The position numbers and the translations under genes were made by a program. Under the pieces are notes generated by a model. It searched no databases and was not told the origin of the DNA. It saw only the letters and a list, made by a program, of their open reading frames with translations. A DNA stretch of 64,000 bases, from assembly GCA_965243105.1 (NCBI GenBank), contig CBDEUC010000003.1, forward strand, positions 769,217 through 833,216, in the 5' to 3' direction. This document shows positions 19,682-28,829 of this stretch, piece by piece (the stretch's first letter is position 1; every line of letters begins with the position of its first letter). This stretch comes from Gammaproteobacteria bacterium (lineage in GTDB: Bacteria > Pseudomonadota > Gammaproteobacteria > Eutrophobiales > Eutrophobiaceae).

Positions 19682-19717
19682 AAAAAAAAGCCGGCAATGC
19701 ATGACATTGCCGGCTTT
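19682..19717 (-). terminator. Rho-independent terminator of the TonB receptor gene
   Basis: Minus strand AAAGCCGGCAATG-tcatg-CATTGCCGGCTTTTTTTT just after the TBDR stop. Confidence 0.88.
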
Positions 19718-19737
19718 CATGCTGAAATCAACTACAT

Positions 19738-22161
19738 TTAGAACCTGATGGAACCCTGGACCGCGATGCTGCGCGGCCTGTCGTAAAAACCATAATAGGC
19801 TGTACCAGTGCCACCCGTAAGCGTCGTTGAGACCGGGAGGATATTACCAAAGGTAACAACTTCCTGGTCTGTCAGGTTCCTGCCAACCACGGCTATTTCC
19901 CAGCTACCGTCAGGTGCACCGACACCGATACGTGCATTCACCTTCATGTAGGCATCCTGGCTCAGCCTTGTATCCAGGGTTGGCGCGGCGATGTAATCAT
20001 CCATGTAAATCAGGTCAAGCGTGGTGTGTACTTCCAGGTTGTCACTGATAGCCCAGGTATGATCGCCTGTCAGGTTACCGGTAAAACTCGGTGTGTATTC
20101 GCGGCGCTGACCGGATACATCACAGAGACCCGGGTTGGTGGTGCTGTTTGGCGCCTGGCCAAATGCACACTGGGCATTTGGAAACCTGTCATATTCAAAG
20201 TCCAGGTGGGCAAAGGCACCGATGAGTGTGAGGTTATCCGTCACGGCCCAGCGACCATCGATTTCAATACCCTGCACCGTTGCTTCACCGGCATTGGTTA
20301 CGTTAAAACCGAGGGTACCATCAAACTGGCTGGTTTGAAGGTCGGTGTACTCGGTACGGTAGAGTGCGATATTCAACTCAGCGGCGCCGTTAAGCAGGGT
20401 AAACTTGCCGCCAAGTTCAAAGGTGTCCGCCACTTCCTCTTCATACTCCAGCACACCAGTCAACTGGGCTGCCGCGGCAGCGGCTACCGGGTCACCGGTT
20501 GCGCCAAGAACGCCAAGAAAAGTCGGCGTGTGGATGGCGTTGCTGGTAGTGGGATCAGGGCTGGCATTGGAACGTACGTCAAACCCGCCAGCCTTGAAGC
20601 CTTCACTGTAGGTGAAGTAAAGCATGGCATCGTCGGTGGCATCCCACTGCAGGTTTACGTGCGGAGTGAACCTGTCTTCACTACGGCTGCCATTAACCGT
20701 CGCATATGGCTCAATGCGGAACAGTCCAAAAAGTGTATTCAGCAGGGGATTGGCGAAGCCATTATCGACCCCGGCTGCATCAACATGGAACTGTCTTCGT
20801 GATGCATCTTTTTGCTCGTCGGTATAGCGCCCGCCAACCGTCAGCCTCCAGTCATCAGTCACGTTCCAGGTTACCTGGGCAAACACCGCCCACAGGTCGC
20901 TCTCCTGTTCAAAGGTGCGCTGCGTTGATGCGCCTGCCAGTGCCGGTGATAAACCGCCGGTCGCGGCAAACAGCGCTGGAGGAAGAATACTGTTGGTGGG
21001 AACGTTAATACCGTCACGGAAATCCAGGTCGCTATGCTGGTAGAAAAAACCACCGATGTATTCAATGGTTTCACCTACCGGTGAGGCGATGCGAATTTCC
21101 TGGCTGATCTGGTCAAACTCTTCATCCTGGTCTGCAGTAAACACCACTGCATCGATAAAGTCGCAATCACATTCCTCGTCGAATTCGTAACCGTTGTATC
21201 CGGTGATGGAGGTAATGGTATGCTCGCCCCAGGCATATTCAGCAGTAAAGGTGACATTCATGGTCTCGTTGTTGCTGATATCGCCGTTGGATTGACGGTC
21301 AAAGTTCTGGTCGGTTTCCAGTGCTGTACCGAAAAGTCCAAGCACGGCTGAGTAGGGAGTGCCGCCAGGTAACTCGACCGGGTTTACCGCTTCAAGGAAA
21401 CGACCCTTTGCGTCAAAGGAACCTGCTTCCACTTTCAGGGTAGCCGTAAGATCGGCGGTGACGTCCCATTCAAAGGTTGCTCGACCCAGCATTTCATCCT
21501 CGTTAGGCTCGCCACGTCCATTGGTGGTGTTGTCGTAATAGCCATCCATACCACTTATCAGCAGGGCAACACGACCACGGAAATTTTCGCTAAAAGGGCC
21601 GGATACTACGCCGCGGATGTTGTATTCCTCGTCACCTGGCTCATACAGGGCGGTGAAGGAACCTTCGAATTCGTCAGTGGGCTTTGCCGTGGTCAGGCTG
21701 ATAGCACCGGCAATACTGTTTTTACCAAAGAGAATTGACTGGGGACCACGCAGCACCTCTGCCCGTTCAATATCGAGAAATGGCGCCCTTGCCAGCTGTG
21801 CCCGGCCATAGTAAATGCCGTCAATGTACATACCGGCGGATTGCTCAAAACCCTGGTTGATACCGGAGCTGACGCCGCGAATAGTGATATTGGTTCCAAT
21901 ACCGGTTTCATTCATGGTCAGGTTAGGTACATAGGCCGTCATGTCCTGCAACTCCGTGATACCTGCCTGGACAATCTTGGTTCCATTGATGGCGCTGACC
22001 GAAATAGGCACATCCTGCAGGCTTTCAACACGTTTCTGTGCAGTAACAACAACTTCCTCAAGCATCTGTGCCTGGGCTGAAGCAAGGAATACAAAACTGC
22101 ACACTACAGCACAGCAGTTTCGCAAAATGGAATTATGATCCTTAAAAAAGAATGCCTTCAT
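19738..22161 (-). CDS. TonB-dependent outer membrane receptor
   Basis: Signal peptide, TonB box 'LEEVVVTAQKR', plug 'EVLRGPQSILFGKN', 'GFKAGGF', C-terminal 'PRSIAVQGSIRF'; ATG 22161 has a GGAGGGGAG RBS. Confidence 0.95.
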   Translation of the reverse strand: MKAFFFKDHNSILRNCCAVVCSFVFLASAQAQMLEEVVVTAQKRVESLQDVPISVSAINGTKIVQAGITELQDMTAYVPNLTMNETGIGTNITIRGVSSGINQGFEQSAGMYIDGIYYGRAQLARAPFLDIERAEVLRGPQSILFGKNSIAGAISLTTAKPTDEFEGSFTALYEPGDEEYNIRGVVSGPFSENFRGRVALLISGMDGYYDNTTNGRGEPNEDEMLGRATFEWDVTADLTATLKVEAGSFDAKGRFLEAVNPVELPGGTPYSAVLGLFGTALETDQNFDRQSNGDISNNETMNVTFTAEYAWGEHTITSITGYNGYEFDEECDCDFIDAVVFTADQDEEFDQISQEIRIASPVGETIEYIGGFFYQHSDLDFRDGINVPTNSILPPALFAATGGLSPALAGASTQRTFEQESDLWAVFAQVTWNVTDDWRLTVGGRYTDEQKDASRRQFHVDAAGVDNGFANPLLNTLFGLFRIEPYATVNGSRSEDRFTPHVNLQWDATDDAMLYFTYSEGFKAGGFDVRSNASPDPTTSNAIHTPTFLGVLGATGDPVAAAAAAQLTGVLEYEEEVADTFELGGKFTLLNGAAELNIALYRTEYTDLQTSQFDGTLGFNVTNAGEATVQGIEIDGRWAVTDNLTLIGAFAHLDFEYDRFPNAQCAFGQAPNSTTNPGLCDVSGQRREYTPSFTGNLTGDHTWAISDNLEVHTTLDLIYMDDYIAAPTLDTRLSQDAYMKVNARIGVGAPDGSWEIAVVGRNLTDQEVVTFGNILPVSTTLTGGTGTAYYGFYDRPRSIAVQGSIRF

Positions 22162-22565
22162 ACGTCTCCCCTCCAAACGAACAAAAATGACACCTTAAAA
22201 TATGTAAGGCTAATGGCCCCATACTAGTTATATTGGGTAATTGATGCAACACGATAAGAAGCGCTCGATAATCGATTGAAATTAAACGCTAAAAGCCCGA
22301 ATCAAGCGGATGTGGCTGGGTCAGCGGGGAAAGAAGGTATAAACGAAATTATTACTTTAAAGATCATGAGCTTATCCGGTTATTTCCGGCCCCGGCAGGA
22401 ACAGTGCGGGTCAGGACCGTAGCAAAATCACAACATACCCTCTGTTTGACCCTGCTTTTACCCGCACAACTGCCTGTTTCAGTACTGCAGCAAATCCATT
22501 GTTTGCCACGACATTTTTCAACTATAAAATCCGGTGAAGACTAAAAATACTTGAAGGTAAAAACG

Positions 22566-23711
22566 ATGCTGGAACACAAGTCCCCGTGGATGAACGAAGA
22601 GCTGGAAATTTTTCGCGATGCCGTGCAAAAGTTTGTCGCCGCTGAAATGGCTCCCAACGAGGAAAAGTGGTGTGAGCAACACCACGTCGACCTGGAGTTC
22701 TGGCGCAAGTGCGGAGAGATGGGTCTCCTTTGCACGGACATTCCGGAAGAATACGGCGGTGTCGGCGCGGATTTCCGCTACGAAGCCGTTCTTTACGAGG
22801 AAACCGCCGGCAAAGGCTACAGCTCCTGGGGACAGGGTGTGCATAGCATCATGGCGAACTACCTGCTTCGTCATGGCACCGAGGAGCAAAAGCAGCACTT
22901 CCTTCCCCGCATGGCCGCCGGTGAGCTTGTCGGCGCCATTGCCATGAGTGAACCGGGAGCGGGCTCCGATTTACAGAATATTCGCACCCGCGCTACCCGG
23001 GACGGCGATCATTACACGATAAACGGTTCCAAGATGTTTATTACCAACGGTTACGTGGCAGGTATTATCGGTGTCGTGTGCAAAACCGATCCCGCGGAGG
23101 GAGCAAAAGGAACATCAATAGTCCTGGTAGAAACAAAAGATCTTGAGGGATTCCAGGTCGGTCGCATCCTGGAAAAGATCGGTATGAAGGGCCAGGACAC
23201 CAGTGAACTGTTTTTTGATGACGTAAAAGTGCCTGTTTCGAATTTGCTCGGTGGTGAGGAAGGTCGGGGCTTTTACCAGTTGATGAACGATCTGCCCTAT
23301 GAACGAACCCTGCTGGCATTAAGCGGCGTCGCGGCAATGGAAACTGCGCTTCAATTGACCATTGACTACACGAGGGAGAGAAAAGCATTTAACAAGAGCC
23401 TGCTGGAAATGCAGACCATTCGACACAAGCTTGCGGAACTGAAAACTATTACACGGGTGGCACGGGTATTTATCGATGATTGTGTTGAAAAAGTGGTCGA
23501 CGGTACTCTCGACAATGAAACAGCTTCCATGGCGAAATGGTGGTGCACGGACATGCAGTGCAAGGTGATGGATGAATGCCTGCAGTTATTCGGCGGCTAT
23601 GGGTACATGATGGAATACCCTATTGCTCGCCTGTACACAGACGCACGGGTACAAAAGATTTACGGTGGCACCAATGAAATCATGAAGGAACTGATTTCTC
23701 GCTCTCTTTAA
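22566..23711 (+). CDS. Acyl-CoA dehydrogenase (long-chain-specific type)
   Basis: 'GAIAMSEPGAGSDL', 'INGSKMFITNG', 'QDTSELFFDDV', 'QLFGGYGYMMEYPIAR', 'IYGGTNEIMKE'. Confidence 0.95.
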   Translation: MLEHKSPWMNEELEIFRDAVQKFVAAEMAPNEEKWCEQHHVDLEFWRKCGEMGLLCTDIPEEYGGVGADFRYEAVLYEETAGKGYSSWGQGVHSIMANYLLRHGTEEQKQHFLPRMAAGELVGAIAMSEPGAGSDLQNIRTRATRDGDHYTINGSKMFITNGYVAGIIGVVCKTDPAEGAKGTSIVLVETKDLEGFQVGRILEKIGMKGQDTSELFFDDVKVPVSNLLGGEEGRGFYQLMNDLPYERTLLALSGVAAMETALQLTIDYTRERKAFNKSLLEMQTIRHKLAELKTITRVARVFIDDCVEKVVDGTLDNETASMAKWWCTDMQCKVMDECLQLFGGYGYMMEYPIARLYTDARVQKIYGGTNEIMKELISRSL

Positions 23712-23718
23712 GACAAGA

Positions 23719-24231
23719 GTGACTGGCAAAACGCTTTATACTATCGGGCACTCCACCCACCCTGTTGATACTTTCGTGACACTGTTGCGGTCGCATGATA
23801 TCGAGGCAGTCGCGGATATCCGTTCATCCCCCTACAGTCGCTATAACCCACAGTACAATCGAGAGACCTTAAAAAAATCTCTCTTATCAAGTGATATCGC
23901 CTACGTATTTCTCGGCGATGAACTTGGCGCAAGAAGACGTGAAGCGGAATGCTACCGTAATGACAAGGTGGATTTTAAGCTGGTCCAGGAATTACCGCTG
24001 TTTCTTTCCGGCATCGATCGTTTGCTCAAAGGCAGTGAAAAAATGCGTATCGCCATCATGTGTGCCGAGAAAGATCCGTTGCACTGTCATCGAACCTTCC
24101 TGGTTTCGGATTACCTGGCAGCGCGAGATCTTGATATTCAGCATATCCTCGCCGAAGGGGACCTGGTAAAGCACGATGACCTGCTACATGAACAGGGACC
24201 GGCAAATTCCACCGGGGACCTGTTTGACTAG
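23719..24231 (+). CDS. DUF488-family protein
   Basis: 'LYTIGHST', 'DIRSSPYSR', 'ELGARR', 'IMCAEKDPLHCHR'. Confidence 0.85.
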   Translation: MTGKTLYTIGHSTHPVDTFVTLLRSHDIEAVADIRSSPYSRYNPQYNRETLKKSLLSSDIAYVFLGDELGARRREAECYRNDKVDFKLVQELPLFLSGIDRLLKGSEKMRIAIMCAEKDPLHCHRTFLVSDYLAARDLDIQHILAEGDLVKHDDLLHEQGPANSTGDLFD

Positions 24232-24285
24232 GGAGCACCGCTTCCCGTCAAACACTCCCCTGCTGAGACTGTTAGAATCTCGCCC

Positions 24286-25170
24286 ATGAAAGCTGGTATT
24301 GTGTATTCATTTCTTGCCTCGGTAATATTCGCCTCGATGCCGGCCTACCTGCAGTGGTTACCCGGCTCCATCCATAGTTTTGCCATTATTGGCCAACGTG
24401 TTACCTGGACCTGCATCCTACTGATGCTGGTCTTTGTTATTTCGGGACAGCTGGGGAAAGTCCTGCAACCAGCGATGAAGCTGAAGAACTGGCCCGGCCT
24501 TCTCGCAGGTACGCTACTCATCAGTATTCCCTGGAGTCTATTCGTGTGGGGACCGTTAAATGGAGAGACCCTGGCGGTCGCACTTGGCTTTTTTCTCGGC
24601 CCCCTGCTGCTGGTACTGGTTGGGTTGGTGGTATTTAGAGAGAGATTGTCGTTCCTGCAGTGGCTCGCCACTGCCCTGACCGTGCTTGCTGTTATTAGTA
24701 GCATCTGGTTGACGGGTGGGTTTTCCTGGATAGCCATCACTATCGCCATTTGTTTTGCGCTATACGTGGTTGTAAGAAAGTACCAGCCGGTACCTGTACT
24801 GAGTGCCTTTTTTATTGAAAACCTCGTCTTGTTACCGGCGGGAATTTGGGCATGCATTGAATTTGGTGACGTAGCACATCCTTTCGCCTACAACCTTGAC
24901 TTGATATTGAAATTTTCCGGTATTGCCGTACTTGGTACGCTTGGTATGAGTTGCTGGCTTTCTGCGAGCAGGAAACTACCTCTGACCCTGCTTGGATTAA
25001 TGAGTTACCTCGAGCCCTTTTTTATTTTCCTGGTGGCGATTATTTTCCTTGCGGAAAAACCCGGGCCAGGAGAGGGCCTGGCTTATGCCCTGATTGGATT
25101 ATCGGTATTGCTGCTGGTTGCCGACGGCATACGGCACTTAAAAAGAAACCCGCTATCGGCGTCTAAATAA
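24286..25170 (+). CDS. rarD: EamA/DMT-family transporter, RarD-like
   Basis: About 10 hydrophobic helices; 'ALGFFLGPL..VLVG..VFRERLS..QW', 'LGLMSYLEP'. Confidence 0.75.
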   Translation: MKAGIVYSFLASVIFASMPAYLQWLPGSIHSFAIIGQRVTWTCILLMLVFVISGQLGKVLQPAMKLKNWPGLLAGTLLISIPWSLFVWGPLNGETLAVALGFFLGPLLLVLVGLVVFRERLSFLQWLATALTVLAVISSIWLTGGFSWIAITIAICFALYVVVRKYQPVPVLSAFFIENLVLLPAGIWACIEFGDVAHPFAYNLDLILKFSGIAVLGTLGMSCWLSASRKLPLTLLGLMSYLEPFFIFLVAIIFLAEKPGPGEGLAYALIGLSVLLLVADGIRHLKRNPLSASK

Positions 25171-25174
25171 AAAC

Positions 25175-26359
25175 TCACGCGCTAAACAATAAATCCCGAA
25201 TTTCGTCCAGGGCATGCATCAGGATATCGATGTCCTGCGGGGTATTGTAAAAGTGCCAGGCCGTGCGCAGGTTATTGTCCCGACCGGTGCTTGTAATGCC
25301 CCGGTTTGCCAGTTCCCTTACCGCAGCGTCCACGTCTTTTGCGCGTATTGCCACCTGGGCAGCTCGTTGTTTTGGATCAGAAGGCGTCGCCGGAACAAAA
25401 CCTTCTTCCTTCAACCTTCGCATGACCTCGGCCGTCAGGTAATCAATCCAGCATTCGATCTTGTCCATGCCGATGGACTTGATCAGCTCCAGTCCCGCGA
25501 GGCTGTCATAGATTGGAGAAAGGGATGGCGTGCCGCTCTGAAAACGTATGGCGCTATCTGCTTCTTCATGGGCCTCGATATTCATGGAGCCCTGTTGTTG
25601 TTGACCAAACCAGCCGGTGATAGTTGGATGTAATTCATCCAGTAATTCTTCCTTTACGTACATCAGGCCAAGGCCGGGAGAACCAAGCATGTATTTCACC
25701 GTACCGGTGACCAGTACATCTATACCCATGGATTGAACATCGATCTTGCGACTGCCGCAGCCCTGGTATGCATCAACAATAAAAATTGCGCCGGCATCAT
25801 GTACTTTTTTTGCAGTCGCCTTCACGTCGAGCAAGTGGCCATTCTTGTAACACACCTGGGCGGCGGATACGGCCTTAACCTTGTCATCAAGATGCTCATC
25901 AAAATGCTCCGGTAGCAGCAGGCCCTCGTCGTTAGGTGCAACGCGACGTAACTTCGCTCCCCGGGATTGCTGCGCACGCCACAATTGTGCAACAGAGGGA
26001 AAGGCATAATCATCCACGACAAGGTACTGGCGGTCACCGTACCAGTCAAAACAGGTGGCCAGCGTACCCATGGCCTGGCTGGCGGAATAACATATTGCAA
26101 TTTCACCGGGTTTAGCACCGATAAAATCGGCGAAAGATTTGCGCAATTCTTCCTGGCGGGGAATGGCGACTTCCCAGCTGGCACCGTACTTGTTCCTGTC
26201 ATCGAGGAAGTCCCTGTGCGCCTGTTCCATCATGTCGCTTACCGCTCCCATGGCGTTACTGGCCAGGTGTACCTTGTCCTGGAAAATAGGAAATCGCTGG
26301 CGAAATGCCAGCACTTCAGGCAGTAAATCTGCCGCAGCGGTGTTTTCGGCTGTACTCAT
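25175..26359 (-). CDS. PLP-dependent aminotransferase class V protein, kynureninase-like
   Basis: 'HLASNAMGA', 'FPSV', 'VDAYQGCG', Schiff-base Lys in 'TGTVKYMLGSPG', 'PTITGWFG', 'RFQSGTP', 'HFYNT'. Confidence 0.8.
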   Translation of the reverse strand: MSTAENTAAADLLPEVLAFRQRFPIFQDKVHLASNAMGAVSDMMEQAHRDFLDDRNKYGASWEVAIPRQEELRKSFADFIGAKPGEIAICYSASQAMGTLATCFDWYGDRQYLVVDDYAFPSVAQLWRAQQSRGAKLRRVAPNDEGLLLPEHFDEHLDDKVKAVSAAQVCYKNGHLLDVKATAKKVHDAGAIFIVDAYQGCGSRKIDVQSMGIDVLVTGTVKYMLGSPGLGLMYVKEELLDELHPTITGWFGQQQQGSMNIEAHEEADSAIRFQSGTPSLSPIYDSLAGLELIKSIGMDKIECWIDYLTAEVMRRLKEEGFVPATPSDPKQRAAQVAIRAKDVDAAVRELANRGITSTGRDNNLRTAWHFYNTPQDIDILMHALDEIRDLLFSA

Positions 26360-26451
26360 TGTGAGACCCTGGTTCGGTGGTTTTTGTTAGTGAATTTTAG
26401 AGGCTTATCCAACGACGGGATACGGCAAAAATAGTGCCTGCGGACTAATCA

Positions 26452-26482
26452 TTGACAGCCCCGTTCCGGCCTGTAGTACCAT
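26452..26482 (+). promoter_or_regulatory. Candidate sigma70 promoter for the CarAa-like gene
   Basis: Perfect TTGACA at 26452 with TAGTAC (16-nt spacer) or TACCAT (19-nt spacer), about 40 nt before the start codon; the -10 match is imperfect. Confidence 0.4.
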
Positions 26483-26519
26483 TATCTTTCCATCAAAATA
26501 CGGCCCCGGAAAATACGCG

Positions 26520-27671
26520 ATGTCCAGGAAACACATGGTAGCCCCTGAAATACTCGAACAATGCTCGACATACCGGGATTACGTCGAGGCCAAGCTGGGC
26601 TTTCGAAATCACTGGTATCCCACCCTTTTCTCCCATGAATTAAAAGAAGGCGAATTTGTGCAGCACAGGATGCTCGGCGACAAGCTACTTCTCACCCGTA
26701 TTGACGGAGAGGTGCTGGCGGTGAGAGACCGCTGCCTGCACCGGGGTGTGCCGTTTTCGCGAAAACCGGAGTGTTACAAGAAAGGGACCATCACCTGCTG
26801 GTACCATGGCTTCACCTACGACCTGCGTAGTGGCAAGCTATGTGACATCATCACCAATCCCCAGAGCAACATGATTGGGCAGGCCAGCATCCCTGTTTAT
26901 CCAGTGCAGGAAGCCAAGGGACTGATCTTTGTTTTTATAGGGGATATTGAACCACCGCCACTCGCCCACGATGTCCCACCCGGTTTTCTCGATGACGACC
27001 GTGCCATTCGCGGTATGCGCCAGGAGGTTGAGTCTGACTGGCGTATTGGCTGCGAGAACGGTTTTGATAGCACCCATGTCTTTATACACAAGGATTCAAT
27101 CCTCGTTGAAGGAAATGACATTGCCCTGCCCCTTGGCTTCGTTCCAACCAGTCGCGATACCTTCAAGATCGTTGATGACGACAATGGCCCCAAGGGTGTT
27201 TTTGACCTGCTTGCTGACCACTGTGAGCCAGTCTTTGAAGGTACCGTTGAAGGAGAAAAGGTGCTGGATGGACATCTCGGTTCCAATCGTGTCGCCTTTG
27301 ACATCAGTATCTGGTTGCCCGGTGTTCTACGCGTGCAGCCCTGGCCCGATCCGAGCCTGACTCAATTCGAGTGGTATGTCCCCATCGAACCAGGCCGGCA
27401 TTATTACCTTCCAACACTGGGTCGCGTGGTTGAAAATGAAGATGAAGAAACCAGGTTTGCCGAGGAGTTTGACTCAAAATGGAAAGACCTTGCCCTGATT
27501 GGCTTCAATTCTGATGATATCTGGGCGCGCGAGGCACAGCAGGAGTTTTACGAGAATGACGAGGGCTGGTTCAGGGAAAAGCTTTTTGAACCGGATCGTA
27601 ATATCAGTATCTGGCGCCAGGTAGCAAGTAAGAACCACAGGGGTATTCAGCACTTTGATGATCTGAATTAA
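26520..27671 (+). CDS. carAa: Rieske non-heme iron oxygenase of the carbazole 1,9a-dioxygenase (CarAa) / diphenylamine dioxygenase family
   Basis: Family-specific 'YVEAKLGFRNHWYP'; Rieske 'CLHRG...TITCWYHG'; 'ENGFDSTHVFIH'; 'ALPLGF'; 'DISIWLPGVL'; 'QFEWYVP'; 'GFNSDDIWARE'; 383 aa, colinear with CarAa as remembered. The symbol denotes family, not proven substrate. Confidence 0.88.
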   Translation: MSRKHMVAPEILEQCSTYRDYVEAKLGFRNHWYPTLFSHELKEGEFVQHRMLGDKLLLTRIDGEVLAVRDRCLHRGVPFSRKPECYKKGTITCWYHGFTYDLRSGKLCDIITNPQSNMIGQASIPVYPVQEAKGLIFVFIGDIEPPPLAHDVPPGFLDDDRAIRGMRQEVESDWRIGCENGFDSTHVFIHKDSILVEGNDIALPLGFVPTSRDTFKIVDDDNGPKGVFDLLADHCEPVFEGTVEGEKVLDGHLGSNRVAFDISIWLPGVLRVQPWPDPSLTQFEWYVPIEPGRHYYLPTLGRVVENEDEETRFAEEFDSKWKDLALIGFNSDDIWAREAQQEFYENDEGWFREKLFEPDRNISIWRQVASKNHRGIQHFDDLN

Positions 27672-27704
27672 GCTGTCCCCTGGTTCAACAAAAAGCCAAC
27701 TAAC

Positions 27705-28829
27705 GTGCAGGAAAGCAAAACAGTATTCGCAGCCTCGGCGATATCTGCAACATCGTCCACGCTATTCCTGTTGATGCCTCTCCTTATTGGTGTCCTTATA
27801 GACGACCTTGCTCTCTCCAATAGTGACGCGGGATTTCTCGCCTCTATCTATTTTGCCGGCTACCTGGGTGTATGCCTGAGTATCGTGTTCTGGGTTCACA
27901 AGGTGAACTGGCGCTGGCTGTCGCTTGTTGCCCATGGACTTTTAATTGGAGGGCTTACAGCAGCAGCATTTACTGCGAACTACAGTTTATTATTGTGCCT
28001 TTTTTTTATCGCTGGCTGTGGTGGTGGCACCCTGTTTAGCCTGTGTATAAAAATTCTCAGTGCAAGCAGTAAACCTGACCGAAACTTCGGCTTCAAGCTT
28101 GCAGCGGAGCAACTTGTCGCTGCAGTACTGTTATTCCTTTTGCCGTGGTTGGTGATTAGTACCTGGGGCTTCAAGGGTTTCTGCATTAGCGTGGCCCTGG
28201 TATTTCTCCTGCTATCAATTTCCACTGGCTGGTTACCCGGCGCACTCAACAGGCCCGACGAGGCCAGCCACGTTTCCAGTTCCAAGGGAAGCGCGGCAAC
28301 CTGGTTGGCGCTATTCTGCCTGATGCTATTCATGGCCGGACTGTCCGGCGTATGGGCATTTGTGGAGCGTATCGCCAGCAGCAATGACATCAGCGCGGTG
28401 AATATTGGACGCGCACTTTCCTACGGCGTCATTGGTGGAGGCCTGGGCGCCTTCGCCGCCGCGGCGCTCAATGACCGTCACGGCCGGGCCATTCCCCTGC
28501 TGGTTTCCCTTGTTCTTTTATCGGCCGTTCTGTTTGTGCTATCGATAAATTTTGATACCGCCGTGTTTGTTGTCGTGTGTATTTTTCTCTCGGGCATGTG
28601 GAATTTTTCCATGGCTTACCAGATGGGCGTTGTCGCCAGCGTAGACCGGGGTGGAAAGCTATCAGTACTGATGTCCTCGAGCCTTGCCCTCGGTGCCATG
28701 GTTGGCCCGGCCATCGCCGGCCTTTTGATCGAGGACAATAACTTTGTTCCCGCTACTGCTTTTGCCTTCGTTTCAATACTCCTGGCCAGCCTTGCACTGG
28801 CGCGGATAGACAGCAGGTCTCGAGTTTAA
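27705..28829 (+). CDS. Major facilitator superfamily transporter
   Basis: About 12 hydrophobic segments; 'PDRNFG', 'WAFVERIA', 'LNDRHGR'; starts about 33 nt after the CarAa-like gene. Confidence 0.85.
   Translation: MQESKTVFAASAISATSSTLFLLMPLLIGVLIDDLALSNSDAGFLASIYFAGYLGVCLSIVFWVHKVNWRWLSLVAHGLLIGGLTAAAFTANYSLLLCLFFIAGCGGGTLFSLCIKILSASSKPDRNFGFKLAAEQLVAAVLLFLLPWLVISTWGFKGFCISVALVFLLLSISTGWLPGALNRPDEASHVSSSKGSAATWLALFCLMLFMAGLSGVWAFVERIASSNDISAVNIGRALSYGVIGGGLGAFAAAALNDRHGRAIPLLVSLVLLSAVLFVLSINFDTAVFVVVCIFLSGMWNFSMAYQMGVVASVDRGGKLSVLMSSSLALGAMVGPAIAGLLIEDNNFVPATAFAFVSILLASLALARIDSRSRV

Noticed and set aside
26520-27671. A complete carbazole degradation (car) operon
   Set aside because: Only the oxygenase gene is present; no carB, carC, ferredoxin, reductase or ant genes beside it.
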